Below are positions 46,101 to 59,334 of a stretch of DNA of 64,000 nt, piece after piece. A program made the translations under genes and the position numbers. Under the pieces are notes generated by a model. It made no database searches and was not told the origin of the DNA. It saw only the letters and a list, made by a program, of their open reading frames with translations. Each line of letters begins with the position of its first letter. Position 1 is the first letter of the stretch. This stretch comes from Leucoraja erinacea (taxonomy: Eukaryota). The stretch covers positions 3,844,001-3,908,000 of the forward strand of contig NC_073406.1 in NCBI RefSeq assembly GCF_028641065.1, in the 5' to 3' direction.

Positions 46101-49100
46101 AGGGTAAATTTGATGTGCAGAGCAAGTTTGTTTTTACAGAGAGTGGTGGAAATGCGTGGCTGGGATTGGTGACGGAGGCAGGTACGATAGCAGCATTTCA
46201 GAGGTTTTTGGAGAGGCACATGGAGGTACAGGGAATGGAGGGATATGAATTATATGCAGGCAGATAAGAATTGGTTTGTATCATGTTTGGCACAGACGTT
46301 GTGGGCTGAAGGGCCTGCTCGTTTGCTGTACTATTCTCTGTTCTAAGTCAGGACTGCGTGCATCTTGAAGGGGGTGATGACCTCGTGCATCTGCTTGCCC
46401 TTGTCCTTGGAAGTGGAAGGCACATGTTTGGGATTCAAAGAGTTCACATCGATATTCGAAGGAATATTCAAAATCCTGGTTAGAGAAGTGGGTATTTAGG
46501 AAGCTCTAAGAGGGAGATGCAGAAGATTTGTGAGAGAGATACAGGATTTATGGTGCAGGGGATCAAAAGCACAGCTGCTAATTGGCATGGTGAGGTAGGG
46601 GATAGATATTTGAGTTGCCATTGAGCCTTGAATAAGCTGGTGGTGTAGAGAGTTTGACAACTGGGGCATATGAGATCTGAAGCATTTCCAGAGGTAAGGA
46701 GGAGAAAGTCCATGAAAAGATTTAAACTTGATGCTTATATTTTAGGATTTGAGGAATCATGGTATCGTGTGTAAATGATGAACAGGACTTACTGTGGAGT
46801 ACATTTGCATATGCAGAAATAAAACATAATGCTGGAAATATTAATGCAGAAAGGGAAACAGAGTTAACATTTTAGACATATCTTCAATGTTCTGTTAAAG
46901 CTCGCTTCTTAAAGCAGACAACAACCAAACCAAACCAATCTTTAATCGATATCGTCAGACGGGAGTGGCGAGATCTACAAAGAGCACAAACGTTGTTCAG
47001 TGTTTCTCGGGCTCCACTCACAGAACAAAGGAAAATTGGTGCAATTATACACATCTTCAAAGTACAAGAAGCAGAAATTTGATCAATTTGTGAAAACAAG
47101 GTCTTATCAAGGGGAATTATTAAGGAATAAAATTATGAAGTGTGGCGCGGGCATATAGACGAATAGCGACAAATGGGAAGTCTAATGTTAAACATGAATC
47201 AGTTTTAAATCACAGCTTTGGTAACTTGGCGAGGAATCTTTACACGGAGGGAGCTGTGTCATGATAATCATCCTCATTTTGCAGGTACGGATCCTGATTT
47301 CTTGGGTCCAAGAAAACCAACTATCAAACAAGCGCAAAAGTATGACATTGTGAGTATTTAAATCATCATCAAAGCAAGATATTCACTCCTATTTTTAATT
47401 TCGAAATGATATTGATTGACGTGGAAGGTAATAGTTATAATACGATACGATAAAAATGTATTCATCCCCAGAGTAAAGTTGCTCTGTTGACAATCACAAC
47501 ACACAAGTGTACAAAAAAACTTGAAATTAAAAGTGAAAACAAAAACAAAAAGACAAGCGACTGACTGTTGGCTGGCTGCCTTGTGTACAGAGCCTTTACC
47601 TGGCTGCCTTGTACACAGAGCCTTCACCTGTAAACTCCTATAAAATGGGGAGAAGAGGGAGAAGAGGAGGGAAGAGACTGCAGACCAAAGACTTTTGCCT
47701 CCATCACAGTGAGGAGATGTTGGGTGGTCTCACTGTGGTGGATGTTAATATGTGTTTATTGTTGTTTTTTTATTGTATGTATGACTGCTTAAATTTCGTT
47801 CAGACTTCGGTCTGAATGACAAATAAAAAAAGGCTATTCTATTTTTGTACATCATTTGTGTGCAAATCCAAACCAGTATAATATTACAAAGATGGAATAT
47901 ATACTTTATTATGATATTAACTAAGGGCCGGCTGATAACCATTCAGTTCCTTTGTGTTGGGACTGGAGAAATTTACTGAAAAAGTTTGATAGTTGACTGT
48001 GAGTGTCTTATACAAAGTTACTCTCCATTTAGTTGTCATTGTTAGTTGTTGCACAAGTTGGCAGAGTGGTGCATCACTAAAGCTGCTGTCTTACAGCGCC
48101 AGAGACCTGGGTTTGATCCTGATTACGGGTGCTGTCTGTTTGGAGTTTGTACGTACTCCCCGTGACTTGCGTGGGTTTTCCTCGGGTGCTCCAGTTTTCT
48201 CCCACACTCCAAAAACATATAGATTTGCAGTTCCTAGCGTTGCCATATTTTCCTTGTCTACCAAATCACTTCAATTTCCTTTAAAATATCCATCCGAATA
48301 CTTATTGGATTTCTCTGAAAGTTAATTATTACATTAGTTTATATTTCTGTGAAACAAAACACATTACATTATCTAGATGTGCCTATAATGGCTGGAAATT
48401 ACTTTTCTTTTTTCAGCATATGCCTTAGAGTTATCAGAATTTACAGCACGGAATTGAGTACACTTTTTCCCCATTGCTTACTTCCAGGTTTACAGAATGG
48501 AGGCCAATCCTAGAGGATGTTGTTTGATCATCAACAATGTGGACTTCCAGCCAAACAGTCATTTGAAATCTCGCATGGGCTCTGACGTTGATTGCAAAAG
48601 TGTCCAAAATCTCTTTGAGACGTTGAGCTTTAAAATTATCGTTCGAAAGAATTTGACCAAACAAGTGAGTATTTCCAAACTTAAACACTAATCACTGGAA
48701 TCTAAAAAGTACGAGAGGGGTTCTTATTGAAACATATGAAATTCTTAAAGGATTGGACAGGCTCGATGTAGGAAAAATGTTCCCGATGTTGTGGGAGTCC
48801 AGAACCAGGGGGTCACAGTTTAAGAATAAGGGGTTGGCCATTTAGGACTGAGATGAGGAAAAACTTCGTCACCCAGAGAGTTGTGAATCTGTGGAATTCT
48901 CTGCCACAGAAGGCAGCAGTGGAGGCCAATTCACTGGATGTTTTCAAGAGACAGTTAGATTTAGCTCTTGGGGCTAAAGGAATCAAGGGATATGGGGGGA
49001 AAAGCAGGCCTGATACTGATTTTAGACGATCAGCCAAGATCATATTGAATGGCAGTGCTGGCTTGAAGGGCCTGAACTCCTGCACCTATTTTTCTATGTT

Positions 49101-50112
49101 TCTATTATAGTGCGTAGAGGGACCTGTTGCTTTTTCCTTTACATTTTTCTCCTGGCCACTTTGCATTGTCACTACGGTTTTTGAGATCAATGTTATTTCC
49201 TTTATAATTTATGTCTTTTTTTTACAGCTTATGTTGGAGGAACTGAAGAGCCTGGCACAGGAGAACCATGCACATTATGATTGCTGTGTTGTAGTTATTC
49301 TTTCTCATGGCAATCAGGTGAGTCATGATGTGGACCTCAGCAGCATGATTGATCAGTGGCAACATTTAGTTCCATGTATCTGTATTATCTGAATAGGATG
49401 CAGTTGCTGTTTTCGTTTCATCTCTCTCCGTTTTGCAATTGTTCTCCTTGGTTCCATTATCAATTAACAATTATCTACCTCCAGTGTCCGTTTTATTGTT
49501 GCATTCTTGCCGAGTCTGACTTGGAAATCCTGGTTTGGAATTAATTGCCACAGGCAGCTGTGAAGGCCTAGTTAATATTGTACGGTGGAGATTGACAGAT
49601 TATTGATTATTAAGGGTGTCGGGGGCTGTGGGGAGAAGGCAGGAGAATGGCGTTGAGAGGAAAGGATAGATGGACCACGATTGAATGGCTTGATGGGCCA
49701 AATGGACTAATTCTGCTCCTATTACATGACAATTATTGTGTGAAATATTGAATGCTTAATTAACCTTTATGCATAACTTGATTATAAAATCCACTGTGAT
49801 GAAGTTGTAACTTCTTTATTATTGCTGCAAAGGACAGAGTCACCAGCAAGGTAAGTGTAAACCCTTACATAAAGCATTTTGAAAGAACTGAATTAAAAAC
49901 CGAATGCTGGAAACAGATGAGCAAAAACCATACAGCTGGAAGATCGAGTCAGGTCTATGGAGGGATACGGACGGACTGCATTTCGGGTTGGGATCATTCT
50001 TCTGAATAGAGGGGAAGATGTCTGGTAGAAAGAGGTGAGAGGAAGAGCTTACCAGAGTTAGCAAATGGCAGGTGGATCCAGGTGCAGAGGGGGAGATGAA
50101 GTGGGGGTGGGG

Positions 50113-50144
<32 letters not shown>

Positions 50145-53100
50145 TGGGGATGGTCACAAAGGCTGGAGATGATAACACAGGAAATGGATACCACTATGAT
50201 TGTTAATAGTTATTAAAGACCAGAGGCAAGATTAAGATGTGGAGAACAATTTTTCCTATATTGATTCGAATTCCCACTTCATTATATTTCAACCAAAATC
50301 ATGTACTGTATGAGTGAATAATCTATTAGTAACAGTATTAGCCACATTTCTTGGAGTTATGTTTAAGAACTGCAGATGCTGGAAAAATCGAAGGTAGACA
50401 AAAATGCTGGAGAAACTCAGCCGGTGAGGCAGCATCAGTGGAGCGAAGAAATAGGTGACGTTTCGGTCGAGACCATCCTTGGAAGGAATAGGTGACGTTT
50501 CGGGTCGAGACCCAAAGGGTCTCGACCCGAAACGTCACCTATTCCTTCGCTCCAAAGGAATGGGTGACGTTTCGGGTCGAGACCCTTCTTCAGACTGATG
50601 GGGTTACAACTCTTGGGGTTATGTGCTTTTTGTGCTGTAATGATGTTGAAAGTTGTACATTTGTTACTGTACTCAGGCACCACACCGACAATTTCCTGGT
50701 GCAATATACGGAGTGGATGGAACTCCCCCAATACCAGTGCAACATATTGTCAGCTACTTTGATGGTTTGCATAGTCCAACACTGCGCGAAAAGCCCAAAA
50801 TATTCTTCATTCAAGCTTGTGGTGGAGGTAAGTGCTGAGTTGTATAATTAGGTTACCATTTGGCGGCATGAAAATAATGAATTTAGTTCAGTTTAGCTTG
50901 GAGATACGGCACGGAAACAGGCTCTACGGCCCACCGAGTCAATGCCGACCAGCGATCGCCACTCTCTAACACTATGCTACACACACTAGGACAATTTATA
51001 ATTATACCAAACCAATTAACCTATAAACCTGCACGTTTTTGGAGTGTGGGAGGAAACCAGAGATCCCAGAGAAAACCCACGCAGATCATGGGGAAAAGGT
51101 ACAAACACCGTACAGACAGCATCCGTAGTCAGGATCGAACCATGCTCCCTGGCGCTGTAAGGCAGCAACTCTACCGCTGCACATTTTGTGCCGCCTTGTC
51201 AGTTACAATTGGTCCTTAATGGAGCAGCTGGTGACATAGAAACATAGAAAATAGGTGCAGGAGTAGGCCATTCGGCCCTTCGAGCCTTATATTCTTATAG
51301 AAACTTACAAAATTCTTAAGGGGTTGGACAGGCTAGATGCAGGAAGATTGTTCCCGATGTTAGGGAAGTCCAGGACAAGGGGTCACAGCTTAAGGATAAA
51401 GGGGAAATCCTTTAAAACCGAGATGAGAAGAACTTTTTTCACGCAGAGAGTGGTGAATCTCTGGAACTCTCTGCCACAGAGGGTAGTTGAGGCCACACAG
51501 TTCATTGGCTATATTTAAGAGGGAGTTAGATGTGGCCCTTGTGGCTAAGGGGATCAGGGGGTATGGAGAGAAGGCAGGTACGGGATACTGAGTTGGATGA
51601 TCAGCCATGATCATATTGAATGGCGGTGCAGGCTCGAAGGGCCGAATGGCCTACTCCTGCACCTAATTTCTATGTTTCTATATGATCATGGCTGATCATC
51701 CAACTCGGTATCCTGTACCTGCCTTCTCTCCATACCACCTGATCCCTTTAGCCACAGGGCCACATCTAACTCCCTCTTAAATATAGCCAATGAACTGGCC
51801 TCAACTACCTTCTGTGGCAGATAATTTCAGAGATTCACCACTCGACCTTATTGAAGAACCTTATTCAGGGCAAAACATTCATCAAAACTTTTAGAAACAA
51901 AGAACTGCAGATGCTGGTTTACAAAAAAGACCCAAACTGCTGGAGAAACTCAGCTTGTCAGGCAGCAACCCTGGAGAACATGGACAGGTGACATGCTGCC
52001 TGGCCCGCTGAGTTACTCCAGCACTTTGTCTTTTTTCATCAAAACATAGTTTGTCAAGTATTATTTATCTTTTTTTCATAGCATTTATAAGAAAGTTGTA
52101 CACTGTAATGTTCCTAGCATATTAGCTGAGAATCTCACTGTCTTCCCATTCTATTTAAGTTTCTTCAAGTACATATCCAATTCCCTTTGCTGCTGCTTAT
52201 GGTCACTCCCTCTATGTTACTGTGTCGTCAACTTATTTTGCCTTGTGATCCCTTTATATTTCACTGTGTCTATCCATAAGTGTCTTTCCTACAACTTAGA
52301 AATTAGGGGCGAGTGCACTTTTGAAATGGAGATCAGAATAAATGGAGAATATTAAAAAACAACGTTTGCAGAGAGAAAAGGAGACCGATGATGTAATGAC
52401 AGGGATCTCTTTTGCATTCTATATCCGTGTATGCAAATTTACTGAAATATCAAACCATGAATTTAGAGTTGAACTTCAACTTTCTTGCAGAACAAAAAGA
52501 CACAGGATTCCACAAAGCAGAGGAAATGGACTGGGCTCCTGATAAATCCTCTGAAACCAGCAGTTTACAGACCGATGCTTCCCCATATCAAGCGGAGGAT
52601 GAGCCCGATGCAGTATCGAGTTTACCAACCCCCAGTGATATATTAGTTTCGTACTCCACATTTCCAGGTAATTACACCTATCCAGTTGATGAGTCGGGAA
52701 TAAAGATCCATATTGCACATTTTGGGGCTTGATCAGCTACTTACCTATAATATATATTAGTCAGTTTAACAGAACTTTTAACAGGATTTTAATGATTATG
52801 TTAGGAATGAACAGTAATGCAACACCGGAAATTGGAGGAACAGCACCTCATATTCCACCTGGGCAGCTTGCATCCTGATGGCATGAATGTTGAATTCTCC
52901 CAATTTTGCTAGCCCTTGCTGTCTCCTCCCCTTCCTTAACCCTCGAGCTGTCTCCTCCCATCCGCCCGCCCTCGGGCTCCTCCTCCTCCCCTTTTCCTTC
53001 CTTCTCCCCTCCCACCCCCCATCAGTCTGAAGAAGGGTTTCGGCCCGAAACGTCGCCTATTTTCTTCGCTCCATAGATGCTGCTGCACCCGCTGAGTTTC

Positions 53101-55574
53101 TCCAGCAATTTTGTGTACCTGCTGGCATCCAAACCCATTTCAGGAATCCTATCTCCAACACTTGTTCATCTCTCACCTCACCATCACTAATTAACCTCCA
53201 CTTTAAAAAAAACCCAAAGACTTGGCCTCCACAGTCACCTGTGGCAAGGAATTCCACAGATTCACCACCCTCTGGCTAAAGATATTTCTCCTCTCCTTTC
53301 CAAAGGTACTTCCTTTTATTCCGAGGCTGTGCCCTCTGGTCCTAGACTCTCCCACTAGTGGAAACATCCTCTCCACATCCACTCTACCCAGGCCTTGCAT
53401 TGGTCGGTACCTTTCAATGAGGTTCCCCCTCATCCTTCTAAACTCCAACGAGTCTAGGCCCAGTGCCATCAAATGCTCGTCATATGTTAACTTTTGTCCC
53501 ACCGTCACTTCTCTTTTCCAGCTTCCCCTCACCGTCACCCCCCCCCCCACCCGACCCGAAGCACCACATGACCTTGTTCTCCATTGACCCGCTGAGTTCC
53601 TCCAGCACTTTGTGTTTGGTGCTGTTTTATAATCATGCTTTGACAGAATGGTTTGATGGGGCGGCATTTATATGAAAGGCCATTTGCTGATGAGATACAT
53701 GGCCAAGTTTATTAATGCCACCAACGCAATCCTCAGTATTAACTATACACTGAGTTTGGTGTCATCCATTAAAACGTAAATGCTACCTCTGAGTTCAGAG
53801 ATGAAGTCACTTATGTAAGTGATGAGTTATAAACGATTCCATTGAACAGCACATCCCATTTTTTGCCAGCAGGAATAACTTGTATTCCCAGAGATGGTGT
53901 TCGGTACCAAACCCAGACCCAATTTCCACCCCATTATTGAATTAGACTGTTTTTTCGAAGAGTTGGTCCAGTCCCCCTCAACCTATCGCTGTGAGGCTGG
54001 ATTCTCAACCATGGTAACTCTGAAAACGAGGGAACGCAATAGGCACAATTGTGATCGACGCTGACATGAGGTGCTGCCTGTCGAGAATTCATCCTCGTTT
54101 TGATCGCCTGATGGCTGTGAAGCAATTTCAGCCATCTCATTGACTGAGTATTGGCAAACATGTTTTAATAAATCGGGCTGTTTTTTTCCCATTTTTTGTT
54201 TCGGGGGTCACGGTACTGACCAAGAATGTCTGATGGGGTCGTGGGGCCAAAAAGGTTAAGAACCACTGAATTAGAGGATTGTAAATTCAATTACATCTGC
54301 GTTTGGAGTTATCTTGTTTTAGTTGCTCTTTAGCTTAACTTTTTAAAATTAAATTCTGAATGTGTATACAAGGGTTAGTGAATCTTACTAAGTGGCTTGC
54401 AATAGCTGAGACTATGGTGAACAACAATGATAAGTGATACTCCATGTTTGGGCTCATTATTTGATGGGCCCTTGATATGCAGTGATAGTTTTGACAATCA
54501 CCATTGATTTTTGCAGGCCATGACTGGAATTTCAGCTTGATATATGTTTTTCCCCTGTACTTTGATGTGGCAATAGATCATAAAGATGGTTTTGAACTCT
54601 TCCTTTAGGCTATGTGTCTTGGCGAGATAAAAAAGAGGGATCTTGGTACATTAAAACATTAGTGCGTGTCTTCAGTGAATTTGCTAAAGAAGAAGACCTC
54701 CAAACGTTACTAACAAGGGTGAGTTATTTTATTTTAAGCCCAAATGACATTTATACTGTAGTTTCAGCAGATCTGGTGACCCAGATGTTTCTAAGCTTGC
54801 ATTTATTTATCTGGATAGTATTCTCAGTCCAGTGTTAGATATTTGTGGATAGGATTTAACTTTTTCAATTAGTTTTTCCTTTATAGGATGGCACATTGGC
54901 GCAACAGTAGAGTTGCTGCCTTAAAGCACCAGAGACCTGGGTTCAATCCTGACTACAGATGCTGTCTGTACAGAGTTTGCATGTTCTCCCTGTGACCGCA
55001 TGGTTTTCTCTGGGTGCCTCGGTTTTCTCCCACTTTGCAAAGGTTTGTAGGTTAATTGGCTTCTGCAAATTGTCCTTAGTGTGTAGGATGCGAAACTGGG
55101 ATAACATGGAACTTGTGTGCAGGTGATCATTGGTCAGCACAGATTCGGTGGGCAGAAGGGACTGTATCTCTAAACATAGACAATGTCAACGAGTGTCAGC
55201 AGAACGGGGAACGAGAGATATAGTTTGCATTTCCCTCTCAGTCTGAAGAAGGGTCTTGATCCAGAACATCACCTATTCCTTTTCTACAGAGATGCTGCCT
55301 GAGCTACTGAGTTACTCCAACACTTTGTGTCTGTCTGCGCTTTAAACCAGCATCTGCAGTTCCACACATTTTTGTAAGCTTTTCGTGTATTTTTTAAAAT
55401 ATAAGTCTGCTTACCCCCATGTGGTTTGCAATGGACAATGTTAAAGACACAGTTTAAAATATGTCTATTTTCCAGGTGACAAGAAATATTTCAGAAAACG
55501 AAGAAGCTATTGGAGTGTATAAGCAGATTCCTGGTTCGTTCAACTTTCTCCGGAAACATCTTTACTTTTCTTAA
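42985..55574 (+). CDS. CASP9: Caspase-9 (CARD + p20 + p10), 411 aa; exons 42985-43116, 44398-44632, 47285-47349, 48488-48664, 49228-49317, 50677-50827, 52491-52667, 54609-54718, 55476-55574
   Basis: CARD ([16 protein letters not shown]), [13 protein letters not shown], caspase-9-diagnostic [50 protein letters not shown]. Total 1236 nt, GT-AG, 9-exon layout as in mammals. Confidence 0.96.
44398..44632 (+). CDS. CASP9: CASP9 exon 2 (CARD end plus linker)
   Basis: [43 protein letters not shown]...PVQ T|gtatgt. Confidence 0.9.
44720..46345 (+). mobile_element. Older degenerate CR1 LINE (RT core to 3' end) in CASP9 intron 2
   Basis: Decayed [21 protein letters not shown] and KFADDTK motifs with stops and frameshifts. 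Confidence 0.85.
47285..47349 (+). CDS. CASP9: CASP9 exon 3 (short linker exon)
   Basis: ttttgcag|GT ACG GAT...GAC ATT|gtgagt; phase 1 to phase 0 bridges exons 2 and 4; no recognisable sequence conservation, so the call rests on splice sites and phase. Confidence 0.7.
48488..48664 (+). CDS. CASP9: CASP9 exon 4
   Basis: [36 protein letters not shown]...NLTKQ|gtgagt. Confidence 0.95.
49228..49317 (+). CDS. CASP9: CASP9 exon 5 (catalytic His)
   Basis: [30 protein letters not shown]|gtgagt. Confidence 0.95.
50566..50593 (-). ncRNA. Minimal type I hammerhead ribozyme motif (Penelope-associated); similar copies at 27762-27789 (-) and 53027-53054 (+)
   Basis: CTGAAGA-A-GGGT-CTCG-ACCC-GAAA-C-GTC: CUGANGA box, stem II, GAAA, GUC triplet; stems I and III are very short. 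Confidence 0.6.
50677..50827 (+). CDS. CASP9: CASP9 exon 6 (catalytic Cys, QACGG)
   Basis: [15 protein letters not shown]...[13 protein letters not shown]|gtaagt. Confidence 0.96.
52491..52667 (+). CDS. CASP9: CASP9 exon 7 (intersubunit linker)
   Basis: QKDTGF...[34 protein letters not shown]. Confidence 0.95.
52822..53120 (+). mobile_element. Penelope-like 3' end with intact minimal hammerhead core (53027-53054)
   Basis: [27 protein letters not shown], pyrimidine tract, then CTGAAGA-AGGG-TTTCGG-CCC-GAAA-C-GTC; similar ends at about 6635-6870 and 35125-35408. Confidence 0.85.
54609..54718 (+). CDS. CASP9: CASP9 exon 8
   Basis: [36 protein letters not shown]|gtgagt. Confidence 0.95.
55476..55574 (+). 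CDS. CASP9: CASP9 exon 9 coding part
   Basis: [32 protein letters not shown]. Confidence 0.94.
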   Translation: MTRNISENEEAIGVYKQIPGSFNFLRKHLYFS

Positions 55575-56542
55575 CAAGGAGAACCAGCGACTTTTTGTTG
55601 GATTATGACTATGCACATACAGTTACAATAGTGCAATTCACTTTGAAAAATCTCAAACAATCTCAGTGCCCTGTTTTAAAAGGAATAATTATCACAGAAT
55701 TCTGATTAACTGCAAGCTTCTTGATTATATATTTGTATTACATTTGTAGCAGGTTTTTATGATCTAAATGGTAACTATGAGATGCAAATTAATTATAGAA
55801 TTGATTTAACATGTGGAGGATGACATTTAAAAGCTTCTAAACAAACCACCATTGATACAATTATACAAAAATATTTGCAAAATAAACTTTGCTTTGTGGT
55901 ACAGAAGGAATAATTAAATTGTTTTTCAGGATACAGTATATAACTGCAGTTTTGTGGGAAGGGCGAGTCACAGAAATCTTGATATCTGATATCTTATTTA
56001 ATGGTTTGAAATAGATAGTACTTGAAAAGATACTTAACATAACACACCTACAACTTGATCGACACAAAGTGCTGAAGTAACTCAGCAGGACAGGCAGCTT
56101 CTCTGGAGTAAAAGGATAGCTGATGTTTCGGATCGGGACCCTTCTTCAGACTGAAAAGATCCCGAGCTGAAAAGTCACCCAGAGACACTGCCTGACCCAC
56201 TGAGTTACTCCTGTATTTTGCGTCTATCTTTGGTGTAAACCGGCATCTGCAGTTCTTTGTTTTCTAAACCGATAACTTGATACTGCACAGCCACAAAAGA
56301 TGTTATGAATGGTATATTTTCATGTTAAGAGAATATTGCATGAGTATTTATACCAGAAATTGCTACTTTACAATGGCATTCCCCTCAAATAATTTGTGGA
56401 AAGGTTTGCAGTTTCCTCATTTCATAAAGGACTCCCAATAGCCAAATGTTCACTCCTGTGTCTTTCTGTTTCATGTTATATTTGTTGTACAATAATCTTT
56501 TAGTATTGTTTTTTTGTACATCTTGGATGACAACTGTGGTAA

Positions 56543-56548
56543 AATAAA
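56543..56548 (+). terminator. Candidate CASP9 poly(A) signal (another AATAAA at 55881-55886)
   Basis: AATAAA preceded by several TGTA elements and U-rich sequence. Confidence 0.5.
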
Positions 56549-59334
56549 ATGTTCATGATGAAATCTAGTTATAGTTTGTTGGATTCCATAATTACATGAC
56601 CTTTTGAAATGAATGCCCTATTAAGCTTCAGCATATGGTTCAACACAGCTTCAATATACCCAAATCCTTTGTTAAGAAGCAATGAAATAAAATTTGACAC
56701 AATGTCACAAAATGAGATAGTGATTGGAAATCACGGTAACAACTGCAGTTGCTGGATTGGATGGGATGGGTAGATGGTGATGGAATCATGTTGAAGTTCT
56801 ATGAAATAAGGGAGGATGCGCTGTTGAATGTGAAGATAGACACACAAAGCTGGCGTAACCCAGCGGGTCAGACAGCATCTCTGGAGAAAAGGACTAGGTG
56901 ACGTTTCGGGGGCGAGACTCTTCTTCAGACTGTGGAGGCTGCTGACGTGGAAAGTGAGAACAAAGTCTTCCAACTTTTGCCTGGAAGAGAGGGAGTCAAA
57001 GCAAAGGTTTGGGAAGTAACGGAGACAGCAGTTAAAAGCCAAGAATTAGAGGGAAAGAATGATTTAACCCACATTCATGTTGAATTCTATAATGTGGTGT
57101 CTTTTTTCTTTTTTCTTTTTCTATCGATGTACGGAAACTTAATTATTTCTTCTATGTAAAGCACTTTGGTTTCAACGCGAGTTGATTTAAACGTGCTATA
57201 TAAATAACATTTACTTACTTACCTACTTACTATCTGTACAATCAATAAGAGTGACCAGAGAGGGATGTGGGTGCAAGAGGAAAGGGGAAGAGAGGGAGAG
57301 GGATAAAAATAAAATGAGAGGCACAGGGATGGGAGTAAGTATGTATATATATATATATATATATTGCAGGGTGACGGGGTGGGTGATAGGGGGTGCGCAC
57401 AAGAAAGAGATGAGGTAGAGGGGTGTTACTTGAAATTGAAGGAATTTACCTTTTTAAAGATGAGTTGCAATTCCCATGCAATTAGATGTTGGGCCAAAAC
57501 CTAAGAGCGCACAGGCTGCTGGGATGAAAGAAATGACGGAGAGGTGCAGTTGGCTGTCATTCAAGTATGGAGGCGACAACATGATGTGTGTTATACAAAA
57601 AATAAAATTCCAGAGGAAACACCTCCCCTTTAGCTCATGAACTACTTTCTGTTCCCAAAGACTGTTAATCCCTTCATTTTGAGCTCAGAAAGATCAAATA
57701 CGTCAGAAAACATGGCTAAAAATGAGGATATCTTGCCTTCACTTTCTGTCAAGCCAATCTATTCTTAGAAAAGTGAATGCACAAGTTTCATATTGCAAAG
57801 GCACAGGTGCCAAAGATAGCATTTCATGAAAGGCGTGGCTGCGATGTACAGTACACAAATTCCTATCTGAAGACCTGAGAAACTAAGTACATTTATCCAG
57901 AAAGCTTCAGTCGGACCAGTGCTAAGGGCTGAGAGAATTGAACCACTATGAGCAGAGGACAACAGTTGCTAATGATGTTTGAGGAAAGTGCTTCGGCAGT
58001 ATTAATGAAGACAGTAAAAAATGTTTTAACCTTAAATACTTTTATCTGACTACATACTAGGGTATAAAACGAGCATTTGATATAATTGATGCAGAGTAAA
58101 GGCATTTTTCTTCTCTCTTGAGGTCTTTGTAACTGAATTCCACATAGGGGGTTGGAAGCAGAGTTTTTGTTTGTTGTTATAGCATGGGTAGAGTAAATGG
58201 AGTGAAAGGTTATCCTGGGTGAATGGTTACAATAAGACCAACCATGCTTTTACTAATCAGCAGAACAATCTCAAGGGGCAGAGGGACCTCCTGCTGCTTA
58301 AAATTGATTAGTTTTGAAGTGAAACCAGATATAGTCCCAGTTTGAAATTGATATTATTCAACACAACGTGCTAGAATAACTGAGCAGGTCAAGCAGCATT
58401 TATTGAGGAGATGGATAGGCCAGATTTCAGGTTGGGACCCTTCATACTGAAACATCACCCATCTACGACCTTCATACATGCTGCCTGATCCACCGAGTTA
58501 CTCCAGCGCTTTGGTGTTCTATGAACAATGCCAGAATCTGCAGTTTCTTGTACCTATATCCCTTTGCTACCCTATCCATGTACCATAGAATTAGACCTTT
58601 CCTATGCATGTACCATAGATTAGAGATACAGCGCGGAAACAGCAAAGGCACAGCAATCACCATTAAACTGGTTTTATTTTACAGACGAGGGACAATTTAC
58701 AGAAGCCAATGAACCTACAAACCTGCACGTCTTTGGAATGTGGGAGGGAGCCGGGGCATCCGGAGAAAACCCAAGTAGTCACAGGGACAACACTGACTCT
58801 TTGTCACAGGGACAACACTGACACTTTATCACAGGGAGAACGTACAAATTCCATACAGACATCACACATAGTCAAGATCAAACCCGGGTATCTGGCGCTG
58901 TGACAGCAACTCTACCGCTGTGCCACTGTACCTGTCCACTGTTCAGGTATCTTTTAAATGATGTGAAAGTACCTGCTTCACTACCTCCTCAGGCAGCTCA
59001 TTCCATATGCCCACCAACCTCTGAGTGTCCCTCAGGTTGTCCCTCAGTTTCCTATTGAATCTTTCCCCTCTCACCTTAAACCTAAGACCTTTGGTTCTTG
59101 ACAAGAGACTCTGTTCATCTACCTGAACTATTCCCATCATGATCTTATACACCTCTGCTCTGTAATATCACCCCCTCATCCTCCTGTGCTCCAAGGAATA
59201 AGGTCCTAATCTGTTCAACCTTTCCCTGTAGCTCAGGCCCTCCCTGTAAGCATCCCTGTAAATCGTTTTTCTGCACCCGACCCTGTGGGTGATATGCAAG
59301 AGGGTAAATATTCCGATATGGAAGTGGATAAAGG

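Noticed and set aside
46901-47220. CpG-bearing stretch as an extra CASP9 linker exon
   Set aside because: All three frames hit stops before the good donor at 47221, earlier donors are weak, and the gene is complete without it.
53998-54268. Possible hAT/Charlie-type MITE (right end AAAAGGTTAAGAACCACTG)
   Set aside because: Only one convincing terminus and no TSD found.
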